A stretch of DNA of 64,000 nucleotides from Heptranchias perlo (taxonomy: Eukaryota): positions 33,604,001 through 33,668,000 of the forward strand of contig NC_090351.1 of NCBI RefSeq assembly GCF_035084215.1. The letters are read 5' to 3'. A program made the translations under genes and the position numbers. Position 1 is the stretch's first letter. Every line of letters begins with the position of its first letter. Below the pieces are notes generated by a model. It ran no database searches. It was not told the origin of the DNA and saw nothing but the letters and a program-made list of their open reading frames with translations. Positions 24,782-36,496 of this stretch are shown in pieces.

Positions 24782-25105
24782 GTTCAGAAATGTTCAGTTG
24801 TACAGGAACCATTTTGTCGTAGCCGGTGATGGTTATGCCACACCAGTAACGTCCCGCATCCTCCATCAATAGTTTGCTTATTGTTACGGAAAACACCCCA
24901 CTGATCTGGTTATCCGCAACAATTATCCTTCTGCTGTCGTTCACATTCTGTTTTTGAGTTCCAGCAATTACACTGCACGATTTCTTCTCTGTCCCCTTGC
25001 ACAAGTACTTCTCGTAGTTCTTGTAATATGGTACATGATACTGACATGCCACAGTGACAGCTCCTCCTAAAGTCCCATATACCTCTTTTGGCCCAGTTAA
25101 TCCAC
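24782..25105 (-). CDS. Gene A Ig V domain 2 (CD300/pIgR-like)
   Basis: cttgcag acceptor and gtaaga donor. 324 nt, phase 1-1. Motifs TGP, V.V.C.Y, KYLC.G....C (extra CD300/pIgR disulfide), FSVTI..L...DAG.YWCG. Confidence 0.93.
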
Positions 25106-26095
25106 CTGCAAGTATAGAGGACAATATATAATTGCTGAAGGTTATTCAGAGCACATGTTGGTAATTCAGAGTGACAGCATAGAAGCACATCATGCCTGTG
25201 CTAGCTCTCTGAAACAGCTGTTCACTTAGTCCATTCCGTTGCTGCATACGCTTTTAAAATGTTCCTTTTCAAGGATGTTCAGATCCTTCCTGCTTTTCCA
25301 GTCAAACAGATCCCTGAAAGACCTTATGAAGTGACAGTGATGGAGGATTTGTTTGTTTTTAGCCAAACCATTCACCTTGGTGGACTGTTTTTGGACTAAT
25401 TCTATGTTGAACTTCAGCTTTTGAACCCCAAAGCGTCTTCAAGCAGTTCTGCCACTTCGGCTTTATGTATAATTACCTAAAAATTCTCAACAAATCTGCG
25501 TATATATCTGACAGCATTAGCGTCGGAAAAAAAGAAGGGAGCCTTTGCATGATTAAAAAAAAATGCAAATCACAAATTGTTAGGATTAAGCTGAAGATCG
25601 GCCAGACATATTTCCTTGTAGCTTAATGGTGATAAGTAGATTTTCAAGTGTATTATATCTGATTTAGTTCCTGTATCACAGCTCTCTATTTACGTATCTT
25701 TGTGAATAAACTTTCATACATGTCAACCTTCAGCTTGTTGAACTGAGTCAACTTTTCAGCCCATGTGTCAGCTTGTCAGCGATTCCCGAGGAAAATCAGC
25801 TTTATCGCTGGGATTGGAGGTTGTCAATGTGAACCTGTCAGATCAGTCACAAGGAGGCTGACAGAGCCAATCAAATCCATTGGAAAGAGAACTGATGGCT
25901 GATAGAACCTTTTTTGCGAACTTTCTCCCGAAAAGCACACCTCAGACATCCCTTTAAAAATACACCACCAATTTTGTGCCTTCAACGTTTGGATTTCTGC
26001 TCCAGCCTTTCACGTATTTTTATTCTTTTTCCGCTAATATAAGTGAAGGACGGGTGGATGTACCAACTGCTTCAGTTACAAAACCCTGTAACTAT

Positions 26096-26249
26096 GGGGT
26101 AGATTTTAGCCTTCACCACCTGAGTGGTGATCTGCCGGGGCAGGTCGCCCGCCCTTTATTGTGGAATGAAAATCGGGTGGGTTTTACAAAGGTCGGACAA
26201 TACGCTCTACCCAATTACATCCCAGGCAGTGAAGATGAAAATCTACCCT
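26096..26249. mobile_element. MITE with GGGTAGATTTT TIRs
   Basis: gggtagattttagccttcac ... gtgaagatgaaaatctaccc. Related pieces at about 5313-5410 and 54349-54492. Confidence 0.65.
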
Positions 26250-26454
26250 TCATGTTTTCACATGTCAGGGTCCCCCGTGCCTTGTGGGGGCTGTCGACTT
26301 TTTTTTTGAGGCTGTCGGTCAGCTTTTAGCCAATTTTCCAGGTTTGCAAGGATGAACTATTCAGATTCAGACGTATTATTTAGTTAACAAGGAAACCAGT
26401 GACTCCATCTACCTCAAGAAAGAATTTCAGTTGAAACAGTCTTGCGCAGGACGC

Positions 26455-26750
26455 CTATGAAATACTTTTGAAGTGCAGTCACTGTCCTTTTGTGGGCAAC
26501 CAGATTGCGCTCTTCAAAGCCCCACGAACATCAATGAGAAGATGATCAGTTAATCTGTTTTTGGTGGTGTTAGTTGGCCAGGAAATTGGGAGAAATCTCC
26601 TATTCTTTGAATATTGCCATGGGATCTATTACATCCAGCTGAGAGTGCAGACAGGGCCTCAGTTTAATATCATCCGAAAGATGGCACCTCCAACAATGCA
26701 CCACTCCCTCAGTACTGCACTGACGTCTCAGCCTAGATTATGTGCTGGAG
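26455..26750 (-). mobile_element. Decayed DeuSINE-like SINE
   Basis: Reverse-complement similarity to 5771-6200 and direct similarity to 43765-44175. Confidence 0.55.
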
Positions 26751-26799
26751 TATTACTTAGCCATCATCGTATAAAAGCAGCAGCCTGAGATAACTATCT

Positions 26800-27600
26800 T
26801 AATAGTCAGGATGTACGGTCATGCTACATCACCATCCCTCACTAAGACAGTCTCCAGACACTCACCTTTTTCCATGAAGAGGAGCCTAACAGTACCTATC
26901 CAACCCCTCTTTTTCTGTCTGACTGAACTTGTTCTCATCTTGAACATCTCTTTTAACTCCACTCACTTCCTCCAGGTAAACGGTGTTTCGATGAGGATCT
27001 GCATGGGTCCCAGCTCTGCCTGTCCTTTTGTAGGATATGTAGAATACTGTTTGTCGCAATTCTACATGGATCCTCCTCCCCGACCTATTCTTCCATGACA
27101 TTGGCACTGCTTCCTGCTCTCACTCTGATCTTGAGAATTTCATTAACTATGGTTCCAATCCATCATCCCTCACTTCACATGTTCTTTCTCTGATTAGTTC
27201 CTTCCCTCTGTCTCTATCTGTCTATCTGTCTCTCTTTCGATGGGCTTTCCGTGGATATAGATCACAGATTCCAGCAACTACCTAGAGTATGCTACTTCCA
27301 CTCCATTTCCTGTGAAGAATCCATCCCTTTCTCCAGGTTTCTCCATCTCCATCACACCTGCTCTGCTGACTCCACTTCCTGCACCAGAGCTTCTGAAATG
27401 CCTTTTTTCCCCTCAACATAGGTTGATATGACCCTTGGTTGTGTACATCCTATTTCTGTGTCTCAGCTCTCACCCTTCCCCCTCTTCTCGCAGCAATAAC
27501 AGGGTCCCCTGTTTACCTTTTAGTTTTCAGTTCTGAAGAAGGGCCTACCCAAAACATTAACTTGTATTTTCTCTGCACAGATGTCCATTGGCCTGTATAT
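26800..27600 (+). mobile_element. Penelope-like element remnant (RT)
   Basis: ELVL.LN.F.FNS.HFLQ..G..M...MGPS.AC.FVGYVE-type motif in ORF 26811..27098. Confidence 0.7.
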
Positions 27601-27873
27601 ATGTTTACTGTTTTATTTCAGATTTCCAGCATGTTTTTTTCTTTTCATTTCAGACTATATTAATGTAATTCTTCCGCACTATCAGTCAAATGTACAAGAT
27701 GTTTATTTTTCCTGAATATATATTTTAAGTCTGAGAATCCTTTTTTAATCTCTGAGCAAGACTAAGAATGTTTCCTGTTTAAACAGAAAGCAGTCACAGG
27801 GAATAATTCATTTATTTGAATGCTTAAACTTGAAGTAAATAATTAGTAAATGGTCACTAATTACTTATCTTAC

Positions 27874-28203
27874 CTTCAGGAACATTCAATTTGACAGAAG
27901 CCATTTCATCCTTGCCAACCTTTGCTATCCCACACCAATACCATCCTGCATCGTTGAGTGATAATTGTTCCATTGTTACAGAAAATACCCCACTGGTTTG
28001 GTTGTCCACAATGGACATTCTGTTGAATTCCTCTTGCTGTAATCTTCGAGTTCCAGCCATCACGGTGCATGAAAATCTCTGTGCTCCTTTACACCAGTAC
28101 TTCTCGAAATCCCTGTTACTTGGTATGCTATATTGACAACGGACGGTGATGGATCCTCCTAATTTTCCGGTCACCTCCCCTGGTCCTGTTACTCCGTATG
28201 AAC
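27874..28203 (-). CDS. Gene A Ig V domain 1 (CD300/pIgR-like)
   Basis: ttctaacag acceptor and gtaaga donor. 330 nt, phase 1-1. Motifs GSITVRCQY, KYWCKG....C, FSVTM..L...DAGWYWCG. Starts with the residual signal end GSYG. Confidence 0.95.
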
Positions 28204-28299
28204 CTGTTAGAACAGAGAGCAATGGGTTCTGTCATGTTATTTAGAGCATGTATTCAAAGAAAGCATGGATGAGGGAAAAGGCACTCAATCCAGTGAGCC

Positions 28300-29000
28300 T
28301 GATTCTCTCATTGACCATGTATAATCTGGCTTATCATGGTAACTGAGTAAACTATCCTTCCTTATCCTTCTTGACCTGTCTGCAGCCTTTGACACGGTTG
28401 ACCATATCATCTTCCTCCAATGCATCTTCTCTATCGTCCAGCTGGGTGGGACTGCTCTCGCAGTCATAGCCAGAGAAAAACCTGCAACGGCTTCTCTTCC
28501 TGCTCCCGCACGGTTATGTCTGGAGTCCCCCAAGGATCTATCATTGGGCCCCTCCTATTTCTCATCTACATGCTGCCCCTTGGCAACATCATCTGAAAAC
28601 ACAATGTCAGGTTCCACATGGACGCTGACGACACCCAGCTCTACCTCATCACCACCTGCCTCAACCCCTCCACTGTCTCTCATTTGTCACACTGCTTGTA
28701 CAACATCCAGTACTGGATGAGCAGAAATTTCCTCCAACTAAATATTGCGAAGACCGAAGTCATTGTCTTCGGTCCCCGCCACAAACTCCGTTCCCTAGCC
28801 ACCGACTCCATCCCTCTACATGGCCACTGTCTGAGGCTGAACCAGACCGTTTGCAACCTTGGCATCCTATTTGACCCTGAGATGAGCTTCTCACGACATA
28901 ACCTCTCCCATCACCAAGACTGTCTACCTCCACCTCCGTAACATTGCCCGTCTCCGTCCCGCCTCAGCTCATCTGCTGCTGAAACCCTCATCCATTAGAT
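28300..29000 (+). mobile_element. L2 LINE RT fragment
   Basis: LDLSAAFDTVDH, GVPQGS..GP and ADDTQLY motifs. Confidence 0.85.
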
Positions 29001-29589
29001 GTTCCACTCCATCAAATTCTGGGATTTTGTTGGCACAACATTCAAGATTTCTGTGTGACAATAGTTGCATTTTTCAGTGCCCTTCAGCAACATGGGCATG
29101 CATGTGAATGTGTGAAAGGAAATAATGTCTGAGTACTTTGCATGCTGCCTCAGTCAAGCTGCACTGGGCTGAGGATAAACTCTGTGCCATGCACACAATG
29201 ACCATATACGTTTTGCAGACAAATGATGCCATAGTTAATCTTGGAAATCTTCCTGAGGCTGGGAGACTTCTTCCACATTTGCACCTAAGACTGCTGGGTG
29301 TAGGAGATGGTGTTCACTGTTCCTGCCATCCTATTTCTTCTTCAATTCAACACCCCATGAATTAATTCCTAGCTAAGTATTGGGCTATGGCAAAGAAAGA
29401 CATCTTGCCTTTACACAACACCAGCAGCGCTTAAAGAGCCGCAGCTGCACCATAAACCCTGCCTTGTAATCAGCGAGCTTCTTGTGCCAGTGTGAGCTCA
29501 TTGATCATATATTAATGAGCTGACATTTCAAGATTCCATACTTCTTAATCTTCTCAAGGTACCATGCGGGAGATTACTAGAGAACATCA

Positions 29590-30680
29590 AGGGTTATGGA
29601 ATTAGTAGCAGGATAGCAAACTGGATTAAAAATTGGTTAGAAGGGAAAAAACAGAGCAGGAGTTAAGGGCAGTTTTTCAGAGTGGTTGGAGATGGGTGGT
29701 GGTGTCCCATCGGGTTCAGTTCTGAGGCCACTTCTGTTCATTGTGTATATCAATGATTTGGGTATAAGCCTAGAGGGAGTGGTGTTGAAATTTGCAGATG
29801 ATACCAAAGTAGGAAGTATTGTTAATTCATTAGTAATCCAAAGGAAACTGCAAAGGGATATTGATAAGGTGGAGGAATTGGCTGAAAAGTGACAGATGGA
29901 ATTCAATGTGTGGTATGATGCATTTTGATTTTAAAAAATCAATAATTATGCTCTGAATGGAATTAGGCTCAGTGCTGTGGAAGAGCAGAGGGATTTGGTT
30001 CACAGCACATTAAAGGCAACGCTTCAGGTTGATAAGGCTGGAAAAAAAAGTGTTGGAACTCTAGGGTTTATCACAATAAGTATAGAATATAAAAGCTAGG
30101 AGGTAATAATGAGTCTGTATAAAACCGTAAGACCTCAGTTAGAGTACAGTGTGCAATATTGGGCTCCACACTGTAGGAAGGACATTGAGTTTTTAGAGCA
30201 GGTACAACACAGATTCATTAAGATGCTGCCTGGTATGTAGAAATACAGATACGAAAAAAGACTTGAAAAACTGGGACTTTTTTCATTTGAACAATGCAGA
30301 TAACGGGGCAATGTGATTAAAGAGTTTAACATTATGAAAGGATGGGACAGGGTAGATAGAAGCAAATTGTTTCCAGTAGTTGAGGGGACAAGAACAAAAA
30401 GCCATAGATACAAGATTACATGTAACATTTAGAACTGAGAGCAGGAGAAACTTCTTCACACGGAGAGTTGTGAGGTTGTTGAATTTACTTCCAGAGTTTG
30501 TGATTGAGGCAGAAACTGTCAACATTCAAGATTAGATTGGATAGGTGGATGAAGGAAAAGGGGCTGAAGGGATGTGGGTAAATGTGATTAGAACTATTTG
30601 CTCATGTGGAGGGTAAACACCAACATGGACTGGTTGGGCCGAATCACCTATTGTAACGTCTATGTATTTCTATGTACATG
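29590..30680 (+). mobile_element. Old CR1 RT and 3' fragment
   Basis: GVP.GSVL.P, FADDTK and LEY.VQ.W.P remnants with stop codons. Confidence 0.8.
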
Positions 30681-31663
30681 AGTTGCCTTTGAGAATATCT
30701 GTGTGCTTGCAATAATCCAGTCCCACCAGAAAATCGACCCTCCTGTTTTTTTAGTCCGAACGCTCGGATTCATGTTAAAATATTACTTACAGGCCCATAT
30801 CAGCACAGACACGATGGGCCGAATGGCCTCCTTCTGTGAGGCATGATTCTATGATTCTACTGTGATTCTATGATTCATTCTTGAAACTTTCACAAATGAC
30901 CTAAAGTAATTACTTTCATGTATCTGGTAAGAAAAACAATAAAACCCAGAGCTTTTTTTTTTGCAAAGTGCAGTAAACTCTGAGGGTAAAGGGCCTTCAA
31001 AAATGTTCATCTAAATGTTGAATTCTTTTCTTACCTATCCAACAAAGATAGTAATAATTTACAACAATATACAAAAAAGGTGATTTTTCGAATGGCCTGT
31101 CTGAAGTGTGTTCGTTACTGACTTATAAAGTCCAGATTAAATTCCAGGCAGACTATTTCCCAACCGTTGAAACAGGACTTTAAACAGGTCACCAATTTCA
31201 TTGACATTTCAACAAATTCCATCTGTTTGTAAGAATAACAAACAGCCTGGATCTGTCCCCTCTTCAAAAGTTAAAGGCGCTATATAAATGCAAGTTGTTG
31301 TTGTTGTTGATTGCCATGGCTATTCTTTTCAGTACGTTACAGATCTGTCTAACCTCGGCTTGTGTCACTGAACATTAGATAGGGAACAACTCGCATTTAA
31401 CAGGTAATCGCTATTATGATATTTCTTTAGTGGAAAGGTTTAACCTCATGGAAAAAATATTACCTACAAGCCACTGACTATGTCCTGCTTTTAAGTATTG
31501 AGCCATAATGGCCTTAGCCCAGAATATTCCTTAAAACAAACATCTCTCTGGATATGCTTTCACCAGCATTTTTTGGAACAAAAAACTAAGTTTACTTAGA
31601 GTTGATTTCTCAATCACAGCTGCTTTCTCTATGTTCTTTCTGAACCAAAGTTGCTGAGACCTG

Positions 31664-33714
31664 GGGCTCGAATTTAGCAGGCCTGCGGGTTCCCAGCGCG
31701 TGGTCCTCCGGGAGCGTGGTCAACACGCTCGGCGAAATTAGTGGGTTGCCCGCGCGATCGTAGCAGGCAACCCACTAATAGGAATCAATTACCTGCTCCT
31801 CCGGGGTCCACGGCGCTGGCCTGCGCGTCGGTCGGGCTGCGCATGCGCAGTACGATCTGTCAGCTGGAGGCTCTCTAGTTAAAGGGGCAGTCCCCCACTG
31901 ACAGATGCTGCAACCAATGGAACAAATTGCAGCATGGAGCAGCCCAGGGGGAAGGCAGCTCCCAGTTTAATGAAGCCTCACCCCAGCTATCATCAGATGG
32001 GGTGAGGAGGAGGGGGAGGACACAGATCTTCCACCCGGCGGGCGGGAGGAAGCGGCCTGCCTCTGCCACCAAGAAGGCCTGGCTCGAGGTGGCACAGGGG
32101 GTCACCTGCGCCACCAACATATGGCCCACCTGCTTACAGTGCAGGAGGCGCTGCAATGACCGCAGTAGGTCAGCCGCAGTGAGAACACAAAGTCTTTCCC
32201 CTACACTCCGTCTGCCACAACACTGCCCCCACCCCACATCTCCTTCGGCACCGCCAACACTATTCTGTAATATCACCCTTCATACCCACTCAAACCCCAT
32301 CCTCATCTTACCTCCACCTACTCACCTCGCCAGTACTCATCCTGCCACTAACACGCAACCCAATCCTCATACAATCTCATTGCTCCATCCCATACTCACC
32401 CTCTCGTGCATCTCCCTCACGGCCAGCCTCACTCAACCTGCCACCACCTGTGCTGCAGCCACAGGGCATGCATCACATATGTGTAGTAGGCAGCGTAAGG
32501 CAAACGTGTCGTGAGCATGAAGGGGGTGCACAAGGGTGTCTGAGGGTTTGTCATGGGTGTTACCTATATTGAATTTCAGAGCAACAAACAGCACACATTA
32601 TATTGACACCACCACTGCCATGTCTCCGCGAATCCTGTCCGTTGTGTCCAATAATGCCCGCTCCTGGGTATCACTATGAGGACCCACCACTGATGCCACC
32701 CATCGTGTTACTGCAGAGTAGGTGCAGGTGTATTTGCAGGGCTCGTCCGCGCAGACGACTGAGAGACATCGGCGGTGTAGCCGGCTGCACCCTGGACGGA
32801 TGCGGAGGAGAAGGTGTGGAGGGCAGTGGTGACTTTGACAGCGACAGGTAAGCAGTTGGTGCTGGGGCCAGCCAGGAGCAGCTCGGCATGAAAGAGCCTG
32901 CAGATCTCCACGACTACATGTCGAGCGAATCTGCGCCTCCCTGTGCACTGCTGCTCGGAGAGGTCCGGGGAGCTGCGCCTCGGTCTGTGGACCCTGTGGC
33001 GAGGGTAGTGCCCTCTGCGATGCATCTCTCTCTGCGGTAGCCCTCCCTCCTGCTGTGCAGGTGGGCGTGCAACAACACTGTGTTGGGGGGATCCACGTCT
33101 CTGCGGCGGACGGCGTGGACTGCGAGGCTGCTGGGGCTGGTCATGCTCTTCGTCCTCCGAGGGTGTCCACACACCACCCATCTGGCAGGTGTTGGTCTGA
33201 GGGGTTGTCCAGGGTAGGTGGGTGGTTCCTCGGACTGGGGCTGCGGTTTCGTGTCGGTCTGTACTCTGGCTTGGCGGGGGGTGGTGGGGGGCAGGGGTTG
33301 CCCTATGTGACGCGGTGGCCTCCTGCGTGGGTGAGGGCTCTCCCCCGTGGAGTGCACCTTGGCACCTGCCACAGGCTGCTGGCTGCAACACGCCTGGTTG
33401 GAGAGAGACTGTTTCCCCCAGTGTGTGAAGCTCACTGCCTTGAACCTAAAATCCCACACTTCCTCTTTTGACAGCTGATTCAGCTCATTAACTGACCTCA
33501 ACAAGCAAGGTAAGTACTCTCAAGTGGAACCCCGCTGGCTTTAATTGCCTGCGGGATTCCCACCAGCGGGGCTTGCGCGCGCAGCCCCGCACGTCAGCGC
33601 GGTACCCGGAAGTGGCCGGGATTTCGTCGCGATCCGGTCACGTGACCGGATATCGGGATTTTCCGGGCCCCCCCGCTGGAAACCCGCCGGAAACCCGCCG
33701 CCAAAATCGAGCCC
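31664..33714. mobile_element. Non-autonomous PIF/Harbinger transposon (Myb/SANT gene on +, truncated HARBI1-like transposase on -)
   Basis: TIR GGGCTCGAWTTT and 3-bp TSD CTG (31661-63 / 33715-17). KKAWLEVA..CLQCRRR.ND Myb motif on +. LSEQQC..R.RF...LPVAVKVTTAL transposase N-terminus on -. Confidence 0.9.
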
Positions 33715-33939
33715 CTGATGTTACAATGGCTAAGCTGTGCACCAAACCTCCTCTCCCATCTCTCCCTCCCTGCTAGATCCTCAGTGTGATCAGTGGAGTA
33801 TTCCTCAGCCATGAAACTATTTTCCTGTACTTAAGTATTTGACATAAAGCAGGCGAATGTTTGGTTTGCAAAACTTGTTTCTTATCACCACTGGTTCTTC
33901 TGAAGACCAGTCCGTAGCATGAATGAAACATATATAATA

Positions 33940-34276
33940 AGGACTAGAACTAGGGGGCATAATCTTAGAATAAGGGGCTGCTCTTTCAAAACTGAGATGA
34001 GGAGAAACTTCTTCACTCAGAGGGTGGTGGGTCTGTGGAATTTGCTGCCACAGGAAGCTGTGGAAGCTACATCATTGAATAAATTTAAAACAGAAATCGA
34101 CAGTTTCCTCGAAGTAAAGGGAATTAGGGGTTACGGGGAGCGGGCAGGAAATTGGACATGAATTTAGATTTGAGATTAGGATCACATCAGCCATGATCTT
34201 ATTGAATAGCGGAGCAGGCTCGAGGGGCCGATTGGCCTACTCCTGCTCCTATTTCTTATGTTCTTATGTTCTTATG
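33940..34276 (+). mobile_element. Young CR1 3' fragment, variant without the duplicated 3' UTR module
   Basis: Near-identical to 2500-2720, then runs directly into the terminal module and (TTCTTATG)n. Confidence 0.9.
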
Positions 34277-34949
34277 AATAGTGCAATATACAGTTTATAC
34301 CATAAGTGAACAAGGCTTCATAATTCATGAGTGACGCAAGTGAATTAGGACGGTATTAATCAGGAATGTAGTAAGTTGTATATTCCACTTTGTGTTCTGT
34401 TGTTAGAAATGGTGCTGAGAAAATTTTGTTTCAGGTTTTTAAAAAAAGTTTTAACGTAGTTTACTATTAGCAAGGAGGGTGCATTAATATGCCCCATCAT
34501 ACCATGTGGGGTGCTTCACATCTTTTTTGGTGCAACTAGCCACCATCTTGAAAATGTCCTTACTAATGGTGAACATAAAAACATTGCAGCATTAAAGGAG
34601 TAGCAATATTGGATAGGATAAAAATAGATAAAGAGGAGGTACTTAAAAGGTTGGCAGCTCCCAAAGCAGAAAAGTCACCCGGTCCAGATGGGATGCATCC
34701 TAGGTTACTGAGGGAAATAAAGGAGGGAATTGCGGAGGCTCTGGCCACAATCTTCCAATGCTCCTTAGATATGGGGTGGTGCCGGAGAACTGGAGGATTG
34801 CAAATGTTACACCCCTGTTCAAACAAGGGGACAGGAGTAAACCCGGCAATTACAGGCCAGGTGGGGAAACCTTTAGAGACAATAATCTGGGACAAAATAA
34901 ATTGGCACTTGGAAAAGTATGGGCTAATAAATGAAAGTCAGCACGGATT

Positions 34950-35192
34950 GAGTCGGTGAGCGGCGGGAAAGAGCGAGACCAGAGCGGGGATAAAAACAGC
35001 GCGGAGAGAGCGAGAGTTCAGTCGGTGAGCGGCGGCAAAGAGCGAGACCAGAGCGGGGATAAAAACAGCGCGGAGAGAGCGAGAGTTCAGTCGGTGAGCG
35101 GCGGCAAAGAGCGAGACCAGAGCGGGGATAAAAACAGCGCGGAGAGAGCGAGAGTTCAGTCGGTGAGCGGCGGCAAAGAGCGAGACCAGAGC
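34950..35192 (+). repeat. About 3.5 copies of a 69-bp GC-rich monomer at the CR1 5' end
   Basis: AGTCGGTGAGCGGCGGCAAAGAGCGAGACCAGAGCGGGGATAAAAACAGCGCGGAGAGAGCGAGAGTTC, repeated almost perfectly. Confidence 0.95.
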
Positions 35193-35462
35193 TTACTCTG
35201 AGAGCGAGACTCTGAGACCAGCGGCAGAGTTCAGGGTGACGTCACCAGTCAGAAAGTGACGCGGCACAGGGGAGGCAGCTGATTGGCGAGTAGGTTCAGG
35301 TGAGTATTTCTACTGTTTTACTGTAAGTAAAGTAATAAGAAAGGGAAGGTCTGCAAGTTTTATAGCAGGTAGTGTTTTTTTTAGTGAACCTAGGTCCCTA
35401 GTATAGTTAACATTTTCTAATTTCAACGTAATTTAAAAGGGGTAACTAAGCTAAGGCAAGTC

Positions 35463-36413
35463 ATGGCAGCAGACCTCGCACCCGTGATCTGCCCCTCCTG
35501 CAAGATGTGGGAAGTCATGGACACTACCAGTGTCCCTGCCGACCATATGTGCAGGAAGTGTGTCCACCTGCAGCTACTGACCGATCGTATCTCGGAGCTG
35601 GAGCTGCGGGTGGACTCACTGTGGAGCATCCGCGATGCAGAGAAACTCGTGGATAGCACGTTTAGCGAGTTGGTCACACCGCAGGTAAAGGGTATACAGG
35701 CAGGAAGTGAATGGGTGACCACCAGGAAGAGTAAGAGGTGCAGGCAGGTAGTGCAGGGGTCTCCTGTGGCCATCCCCCTCTCAAACAGATATGCCACTTT
35801 GGATGCTGTTGTGGGGGATGACTTATCAGGGGAAGGCAGCAGCAGCCAACTTCCTGGCACCACGGGTAGCTCTGCTGCAAAGGCTGGGAGGAAAAAGAGT
35901 GGAAGAGCTATAGTGATAGGGGACTCAATTGTAAGGGGAATAGACAGGCGTTTCTGCGGCCGCAACCGAGACTCCAGGATGGTGTGTTGCCTCCCTGGTG
36001 CAAGGATCAAGGACGTCTCGGAGCGGCTACAGAATATTTTGGAGGGGGAGGGCGAACAGCCAGCTGTCGTGGTGCACATAGGCACCAACGATATAGGTAA
36101 AAAAGGGGATGAGGTCCTAAAAGCAGAATATAGGGAGTTAGGAGGTAAATTAAAAAATAGGACCTCAAAGGTAGTAATCTCAGGATTGCTGCCAGTGCCA
36201 CGTGCTAGTCAGAGTAGAAATAGGAGGATATTTCAAATGAATACGTGGCTAGAGGAATGGTGCAAGGGGGAGGGATTCAAATTCCTGGGACACTGGAAAC
36301 GGTTCTGGGGGAGGTGGGACCAGTACAAACCGGACGGTCTGCACCTGGGCAGGGCCGGGACCGCTGTCCTAGGAGGAGTGTTTGCTAGTGCTGTTGGGGA
36401 GGGTTTAAACTAA
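35463..36413 (+). CDS. CR1 ORF1p: C4 zinc finger/leucine zipper + SGNH/GDSL esterase domain, intact, 316 aa
   Basis: CPSC...CRKC, heptad leucines, IGDSIVR, VVHIGTND and DGLH motifs. Confidence 0.92.
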   Translation: MAADLAPVICPSCKMWEVMDTTSVPADHMCRKCVHLQLLTDRISELELRVDSLWSIRDAEKLVDSTFSELVTPQVKGIQAGSEWVTTRKSKRCRQVVQGSPVAIPLSNRYATLDAVVGDDLSGEGSSSQLPGTTGSSAAKAGRKKSGRAIVIGDSIVRGIDRRFCGRNRDSRMVCCLPGARIKDVSERLQNILEGEGEQPAVVVHIGTNDIGKKGDEVLKAEYRELGGKLKNRTSKVVISGLLPVPRASQSRNRRIFQMNTWLEEWCKGEGFKFLGHWKRFWGRWDQYKPDGLHLGRAGTAVLGGVFASAVGEGLN

Positions 36414-36496
36414 AGTGGCAGGGGGTTGGGAACCTGAGCAGGGAGACAGAGGAAAGCGTATCAGGAAGGGACAGAAGGTATGGAGTAATAGGTAAA

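Noticed and set aside
31034-31125. Alternative leader exon for gene A (good GTAAG donor)
   Set aside because: No in-frame ATG before an upstream stop. 44403-44451 is a much better leader.
31927-33504. Host MSANTD/HARBI1 genes
   Set aside because: Frameshifted and truncated before the DDE core, enclosed by TIRs and a TSD, and present twice. These are transposon remnants.
34950-35192. CRISPR-like array
   Set aside because: Contiguous tandem repeats with no unique spacers, in a vertebrate context.
34956-35201. Repetitive 81-aa ORF (SGGKERDQ...)
   Set aside because: A by-product of the 69-bp monomers. No ATG, and it lies in the 5' UTR.
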